Notes under the pieces: model-generated
Told to the model about the DNA's origin: nothing
Database searches by the model: none
What the model saw: the letters and a program-made list of their open reading frames with translations, nothing else
Shown: one piece after another, positions 56,339-64,000 of the stretch
Layout: each line of letters begins with the position of its first letter
Numbering within the stretch: the first letter of the stretch is position 1
Position numbers and translations under genes: made by a program
NCBI GenBank assembly: GCA_951406725.2
Contig: OX597819.1
Location: forward strand, 7,812,001-7,876,000
DNA length: 64,000 nt
DNA from: Octopus vulgaris
Taxonomy: Eukaryota
Direction of reading: 5' to 3'

Positions 56339-56643
56339 GGTTAGTTAGTTAATTTTTTGGCTCAAAAAGCAAAAAGCAAGGCCATGTAGGGGGACATGGA
56401 GTTATGTACAGGGTGGTGTTCATGTAAAGAGTTCAGGCCACTTGTGGTCAAGGGAGACTTTGAACCGAGCGGTCGTCGGCATCTTCACCATCTCGTCCGG
56501 CCGCTTATTCCACGGATCCGCAACCCGGACGGAGAAAGCCCCTCTCCTTCGATTGAGATGAAATCGTCGCAGATAGAGCTTTTCGGAATGACCCCGCAGC
56601 CGACGCTCTGGATCAGGAGTGAAGAACAGCTCTTTCGAGAGGT
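56339..56643 (-). mobile_element. CR1-clade LINE 3' end
   Basis: RLRGHSEKLYLRRFHLNRRRGAFSVRVADPWNKRP..FKVSLD; (TAAC)n tail. Confidence 0.85.
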
Positions 56644-57687
56644 AATTGATTTCGTTTTTTTATCTTTCCAAGGGCGATAAAATAAGCCCCGTTCAGGTAC
56701 TGATAGAGAAATAACAGCTACCACAGCTGCTATTTCTATAAAGTGTAGCAATCCCGTACTTAGTTCGTTCCTCTTTCTTTAAAGAGTTGTGGTGTCTTCT
56801 AGAAGATTATGCAATGAAGAGATAGACTTACTCTTGGCTTAATTGCTAATTCATCACAAAATTTCCCGAACAGAGATGTTTCAAATCAGCATTAGGTTTA
56901 ATAATTAATTGCACACGGTTTCAGCTGTAACTGCTTACAAATTTATGTAAAATTGTTCATTGTTAGTTATCTGTATAGAGGTAGTAAGAAACAGTGAACA
57001 GCATACATTTTGTAAATCTTTCAGTAGTCTGACATTTCGTTCAGCCGAAACTCTGAGTAACATTTAATCTCCGATCATTTCATTTCGCTCTATTCTAACA
57101 AGAATTATGATTGCCTGGTTGACAACATTTAAATCCTATTTTCTATCATGATGGATTGACATCTACTGGTTCCATTGTTTCTCTTTCCTGCTCTTACCGC
57201 TTTAGACACACCATCTTTATCATGCAGATCCGTAGCTTCAGTCTGAAAACAAGAATAAGTTTAACTCTAAAGCCTTCGTTTAATGAATGTAACCGAATAC
57301 AAATTCTACATTTAATGAAAATTTCAATTCCAAGGTTTTGCTGTTTTCTATAGACTATTGCTAGAGTGGTGAAAGGTAAAATGCTCCAGAAGTTCCAATA
57401 TGCAAAAAGTTCCAATATGCAAAAACAACTTTATACCGTACATACACGCGCACACATAAGGCTCACACACTTCGGTATACACATACGCGTGCATGCACAC
57501 ATCTTGTGCTTTTGAATATAAGGTGTCTTAAACTCAGTTGACACACACAACATATACATTCAAGTAAGCAGACGCACGCATGCACACACACACATGCACA
57601 CACACATACGTACACACACACACACGTACACGCGCATACACACACACACAGGCACACAATATATATATATATATTCATATATATATA

Positions 57688-58808
57688 AGTAAAAGCAATT
57701 AAGATTCAAGTGAGTTCTGTTGAATTCACATGAATGCGGTACTTAACTTAGATGCACCAGAAATCTATATGGTGTTAACCATAAGATAATGCGGGGTGAT
57801 TATAAATAAGAAAAAAGCAACAAGAATATTTCGGTACAATTGTTTCGTATTATTAAGGCTTCAAATATTGCAGTAAATATAAGTGACCCGTACTCATCAA
57901 CCGAAAAAACATCTTTCTCCAACCATCTAAGGGGGTGATGTTACACTCCTGAAACATCAGGGATAGTTCTATAAAAATAAGATTTAGGTAACAAACGGAC
58001 TTCTAAAAGTTCAATCGTGTTGCACAGTCATATAACGGGGTTTAAAAATTAACATTTGAAATACTAATGCATAGAAGAAATAATAATTTGTTGAATAACC
58101 GTATAGAATTGGGTTCTCTCTTGTATTCACGCTAGGATTAAGACTCTAAAATATTTTAAATGATAACCGTATATAAAAATCATTTTGTGATTTGTCTATC
58201 TTGCTTATACTAATAAAGCAATACTATTATATATTATATATTATATATTTAATTAGATAGCTACGAGCTCATAGGCTATGGTTATTTTCTCTCTAACTGT
58301 ACCAGGTTTGAAACTCTCCTCATATCTCCAGAAATCAAACTTACTTCAATATGGATGGATTTACATTTTCATTTTTATTTTCATTTTGATTTTCTGGGAA
58401 ACTAAGAGGTTTTTTAAAATACCTTTCTAAAACCCGTTATATGATTGTGCAACACTAAAAGAACTTTTAGAAGTCCGTTTGTTACCTAAATCTTATTTTT
58501 ATAGAACTATCCCTGATGTTTCAGGAGTATAACATCACCTCCTTAGATGGTTGGAGAACTCAGATGCTTTTGCGGCTGATGAGTACGGGTCACTTATATT
58601 TACTGCAATATTTGCAGCTTTTATAAAGCTGTCTTCGTACGAAACAATTGTACCGAAATATTGATCCATTCTTGTTGCTTTTTTCTTATTTATAATCACC
58701 CCGCATTATCTTATGGTTAACACCATATAGATTTCTGGTGCATCTAAGTTAAGTACCGCATTTTTTGTGAATTCAACAGAACTCACTTGAATCTTAATTG
58801 CTTTTACT
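57688..58808. mobile_element. PLE-like non-autonomous element with inverted arms of about 370 bp (57688-58047 and 58425-58808) in (TA)n
   Basis: Inverted repeat seen directly; a hammerhead motif in each arm. Confidence 0.75.
58570..58658 (+). ncRNA. Type I hammerhead ribozyme with canonical core (degenerate mirror at 57829-57906 on minus)
   Basis: cgg-CTGATGA-gtacg..cgtac-GAAA-caattg-TA-ccg; perfect 5-bp stem II and palindromic ACAATTGT stem III. Confidence 0.8.
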
Positions 58809-58811
58809 ATA

Positions 58812-58904
<93 letters not shown>

Positions 58905-58914
58905 TATACAAAGC

Positions 58915-59070
58915 TGCTAGGATCGTTAGCACGCCGGACAAAATGCTTAGTGGTATTTCTTTTGACTCTACGTTTTGGTTCAAATTTCGCTGCGGTCTAC
59001 TTTGCCTTTTACCCTTTCGAGGGCGATAAAATAATTACCAGTTGAGAACAGGTGACGTTGCAATCGATAT
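58915..59070 (+). mobile_element. Degenerate SINE family C
   Basis: cgttagcacgccggacaaaatgcttag..tttgccttt match. Confidence 0.7.
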
Positions 59071-59309
59071 CCTCCTATCCCAAAGCAATTAGTGGTCTTG
59101 GGCTAAAATTTGAAGATATTAGTTATTATATATCCCCATAAACAATATGTATTTATGTATGTCAATATTCAGTTTTATTTCAAAATTCCTTGCCAATAGG
59201 AAAAGAGCCGATTTCTAACCAAGATTCAAGGATCCTTCATTGAAATTTCAACATCAACAGTGTATGTATGTATGTATGTATGTATGTATGTATGTATGTA
59301 TGTATGTAT

Positions 59310-59548
59310 CTTTTGAGAGAGCACGTATCCAGCATGAAGAACTTAGGCGAGCTGCGCGAAAGCACACGGCTCGTATAGTGAATGGGGAAAGCTTGGTCTG
59401 CAATGTTTGCAGTCGTGTATGCTTGTCAAGAGCAGGGCTCATTAGCCACCAACGGAGCCGCAAATGCAAAATATAAGTTAGTCCTAGAGCGCACAATGTT
59501 CCTGAAGGTCGGCAATGGTTTTCCTCGGTCACGAGTGGACGGCCATCA
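59310..59548 (+). mobile_element. RTE-clade LINE 3' end within (TATG)n
   Basis: FE..R..CNVCSRVCLSRAGLISHQR C2H2-like terminus typical of RTE elements. Confidence 0.7.
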
Positions 59549-59659
59549 TGTATGTATCTATGTATGTATGCATGCATGTATGTGTGTGTGTATACGTGCA
59601 GGTTTATATGTTTCGTTTTATGTATGTATTCTCATGCATATAGTTGCATATCTAGACAT

Positions 59660-60062
59660 GCTCATATATATTCAAATGATAAACTTCTGGAAAATTTTAC
59701 AGATTTTACAGTTCCAATGATGGCTTGAATCTGTAATCTTCGAATCAGCTTTCTCCTTTCTGGTTTTGAGAAGCCTAATTTCTCAGAATTGGTATCTAGG
59801 CAGTGTGTTACATATCCCAGTACTCCAATAATTACAGGTATAAACCTGAACATGTAATCTGGATGAGTAACTGCAGATTTCTCATTAGGCCAGCGTAGGT
59901 ATTCTCTTTTTCTCTGATCTTTAGCTTTATGTTTACATCTGCTGGGCAGCTGATTTCCACAAATGTACACAGTTTCTCTTCCATATCCTGAATCATTATA
60001 TCAGGTCTATTGTGTTTACATCTTATTGAGGTTTTCACTGGGGCATACCACCAATACTTTTG
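59660..60062 (-). mobile_element. R4/Dong-like REL endonuclease 3' fragment
   Basis: KHNRPDIMIQD..TFVEISCPAD..EKENTY..FIPVIIGVLG. Confidence 0.75.
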
Positions 60063-60299
60063 TACATACATACATACATACATACATACATACATACATA
60101 CGTATGTATGTATGTATGTATGTATGTATGTATGTATGTATGTATGTATGTATGTATGTATGTATGTATGTATGTAGGAATGTAGGAATGTATGAAGAGT
60201 TTGACTTCTGGATGTAGAAATATGAGCGTATATATATATATATATATATTATTTTTTTTTTAAATTGATATTAAAATTAATATTAATTTATCTCCCTCA

Positions 60300-60369
<70 letters not shown>

Positions 60370-60533
60370 GTATGCATGTATGTGTGTATGTATGTATATA
60401 TATATATATATATGTTTGTATGTATATATATATATATGTTTGTATGTATATATATATGTGTATGTATATATATATATGTGTATGTATATGTATATATATA
60501 TGTATGTATGTATATATATATATGTATATATAT

Positions 60534-60623
<90 letters not shown>

Positions 60624-60626
<3 letters not shown>

Positions 60627-60789
60627 CGCAGGAGTGGCTGTGTGGTAAGTAGCTTCCTTACCAATCACATAGTTCCGGGTTCAGTCCCACTGCGTGGCAT
60701 CTTGGGCAAGTGTCTTCTACTATAGCCTCGGGCCGACCAAAGCCTTGTGAGTGGATTTGGTAGAATGAAACTGAAAGAAGCCCTTCGTA

Positions 60790-60846
<57 letters not shown>

Positions 60847-61040
60847 GTGTGTCTGTGTCCTCCCCCCCCCAACATCGCTTGACAACCGTAATTAGCGGTT
60901 CGGCAAAGAGAGAACGATAGAATAAGTACTCGGCTTACAAAGAATAAGTCCTGGTGGCGATTTGCTCGACTAAATTTGTTGCTCCAGCATGGCCGCCGTC
61001 AAATGACTGAAACAAGTAAAAGAGTAAAAGCGTAAAGAGT
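60624..61040 (+). mobile_element. SINE family B
   Basis: Matches consensus; inserted in (TA)n. Confidence 0.88.
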
Positions 61041-61725
61041 ATATATATTAAATAACACAAGCTCGAACTTACGATATACATTATATATTTTAAATCAAAC
61101 CTATCGTATACAGAACTACATAGGCACAAGAGTATAATAACGGAGATGTCAGACGGGGACAAAGCTACGAATGTGTAAGGTCCTACCTATGTGACGATGT
61201 TGAAAGTGTGCGTATACGAAAGTAGGTACTTGTGTTTGTACTCATATACCTAGTTCTGTATATCGACACGCATATATACACACGTGTGTTTGTTATGCGT
61301 GTGTGTGGGGATTGTTTGTGCAAGTATGCATGGTATTAATTTCATTGTCATCTGCGAAGATATATATAATGAGATTAACAAGGCAATAAACAAACTAGTT
61401 TTAGAAGGTCATCTGGGAAATATGGTATTGCATCTGAGATGTAGATGTACGCCGAAGTGGCTGCAAGAAATCTATTATTACCATTGTTATAAAAATATAC
61501 TGGAAAGATGGGTCTGTCCATTAGGATTGAAGGCGCGAAATTATGGTGGTTCTGTACAAAGGAAATAGCTTTATCGACATTATTATTGTTATCGGTAACC
61601 TACAAGGTGTTCTCAGAATCACATGGCCACATCTCGTTAATCACAACGCTGAACATTTATCTTCTTAATGAAATGATACTTGTTACTCGTTAACCTCAGT
61701 AAAACTATAGAGAAAAATTGATTAA

Positions 61726-61792
<67 letters not shown>

Positions 61793-62273
61793 TGAGTGGC
61801 CAACGAAAGAAAGTGGCACTTTTGTATTTTCTTATACTTAGAGAAGATAACAGTAAACCACTAAAGATTTGTATAAATCCTGTGGTTAAAACTTGTGCTA
61901 CGCCACTTGTAAGCTTCTTCGTCTAGATAGCATATATTCAAATTATTATAAGATTGTTAGTAGGGCACACTCGTTCAGATCGACAAATCATATATGTTGT
62001 GAGACACAGCTCTTTCAATTACAAAAGTAATAGTGTATTAATTTATATAAATGCTCTGCTTTGTCCTGGTGATATAAAACCACCGAGGAGTTCCTTGATT
62101 CATTTTTCTTGTAGTTATCATCTTAAATATATATTAGTCTCCTCAAAAGAATTTAAGTTGTTTTTCAGAATGTCTTAGCAACTAATTCATCGATAGCCAT
62201 AATTATAACACATGAATTAATTTCTTTAGTGGTGTTCACTAACAGAAGTAATTATACATTAGTAATAATGATA

Positions 62274-62670
62274 TCTTTATATATAAAAGTGAAGTTGTGT
62301 GTCTGTCTCCTACGATTTAGATTCCTAACTACTCCCACATTTTGCGGTGCAGTTTAACCAAAACCGGGTATCTTATAGTCGTGATTCATATCAAGCCCTT
62401 CTCGGTATTAGCGCGCGTCTACGATGAGCTTACGATTAAAAAAAAAATTACCATCATTTTTTCCCATTTTAATGCATTTTTTCGCTATTATATAAGGGAA
62501 GTAACTCTCTAAAAATGTCTACGATGAGTCAACGATTTAAAAAAAAATTTACCATAATTTTTTTTCCATTTTTAATGCATTTTTTTGCTAATTTTTGGCT
62601 ATAACTCTCTAAAAATGCTTATATAGTTATTTCCCTTACAAACCCGAGCAACGCCGGGCGATACTGCTAG
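62274..62670 (+). mobile_element. Non-autonomous Helitron
   Basis: A|TC...hairpin...CTAG|T; homologous to 42238-42632, with an internal duplication. Confidence 0.9.
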
Positions 62671-63636
62671 TTTTTTTATAATCAACGTAATATGATTTCG
62701 TAAGTACATACTGCTGTCCTGTTACTCGGTTGCAATAACACATCACTGCTAGATACCGATAAGTATAGCTTCAACGTAGTTTACAGACTGAAATAAGCGA
62801 CGTTTATGTATTTATAATGTTTAATAGCATTCCATTTAATAATCAAGTTGTTCATGATACGGACTGAACCGTTATCTGCTATGGTTAATAAGTAAAAATG
62901 CAGGAAAGATAAACTTTATTCGTCATACGTAGAAATGGACAAAAACCGAAATTTGTCAGAAATTATTTATTGCCCTGATCAAATCTTCTCACATTAAAAC
63001 AGGCTCATCTATTCAACTTATTAAAATGCTAAACTATAAATTGAACAGCAAATGGTTCTCATTCAGTAATGATTCCGTTGCTGATGCTTGACTCTTGGAA
63101 GTCATGATTGACCTTTGAGGTAAAACATTTCAACCATGATGATCCTGGCTTTTGTGGTTATACTGTTCCTTCTTTTATAGAATGATATATAAAAAAGAGC
63201 TGGAGTAGGATTTAAAAAGGTTTCACTGTTATTTCGTACATGCTGAGCAACAACACACGGACTTTCGAAAGTGCGTTGTGTATAGGCGTAACACAACTTT
63301 CAGTTATCCATTTCATCCAATCATATTGACTATTTTCTTTTTAGCTTACTGAACCGACTCCAAATATTGCGAAAGAAGAGAATATCAGTGTAAGAGCTCG
63401 ATATTCCTATTTTAACATAAATTAAACTCGAATAAATTCCAGTGAACCTCACTACCTACATAAAATATCTTTCAGAGAAATATTTGACGAATTCTGCAGT
63501 GAAAATTCCGATCAAATTTCACTCAATGGTTTTCTTCATTACCACACCAATATTGACCTTTTCTACTATAGGCACCAAGCCTGGAATTTGGCGGGAAGGG
63601 GGTAGTCGATTGCATCGACTCAAATACTTAACTGGT

Positions 63637-64000
63637 GTGGAGGCGCAATGGCCCAGTGGTTAGGGTAGCGGACTCGCGGTCATAGGATCGCGGTTTCGAT
63701 TCCCAGACCGGGTGTTGTGAGTGTTTATTGAGCGAAAACACCTAAAACTCCACGAGGCTCCGGCAGGGGATGGTGGTGATCGCTGCTGTACTCTTTCACC
63801 ACAACTTTCTCTCACTCTTACTTCCTGTTTCTGTTGTACCTGTATTTCAAAGGGCCGGCCTTGTCACTCTCTGTGTCACGCTGAATATCCCAGAGAACTA
63901 CGTTAAGGGTACACGTGTCTGTGGAGTGCTCAGCCACTTACACGTTAATTTCACGAGCAGGCTGTTCCGTTGATTCGGATCAACCGGAACCCTCGTCGTC
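63637..64000 (+). mobile_element. SINE family A (runs off the window end)
   Basis: Matches consensus. Confidence 0.9.

Noticed and set aside
61645-61690. ctgaaca..gaaa hammerhead-like spacing
   Set aside because: The core is mismatched and stems I-III are not convincing.

Overview
This is an AT-rich, repeat-saturated eukaryotic window, most likely from an octopus or other cephalopod; that attribution is inferred from the SINE families and the microsatellite density. No intact host protein-coding gene is evident. The only clear host genes are two identical tRNA-Asp(GTC) genes plus one pseudogene. The rest is decayed mobile DNA: three tRNA-derived SINE families (about 30 copies), LINE remnants (R4/Dong, CR1-like, RTE, CRE-like, Tx1/L1), a Neptune-type Penelope-like element (PLE), an autonomous-type Helitron relic with non-autonomous Helitrons/Helentron, and mariner, Tc1-like, pogo and Tigger transposons. 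The most notable signal is a set of about seven different minimal type-I hammerhead-ribozyme motifs, some canonical and some core variants, each with a palindromic stem III. Most sit in PLE-derived elements built as inverted repeats with both 3' ends pointing outward into (TA)n or (TAA)n tracts, and they cluster at 12-20 kb, 51-52.5 kb and 57.7-58.8 kb. All structures were read by eye and no searches were run.
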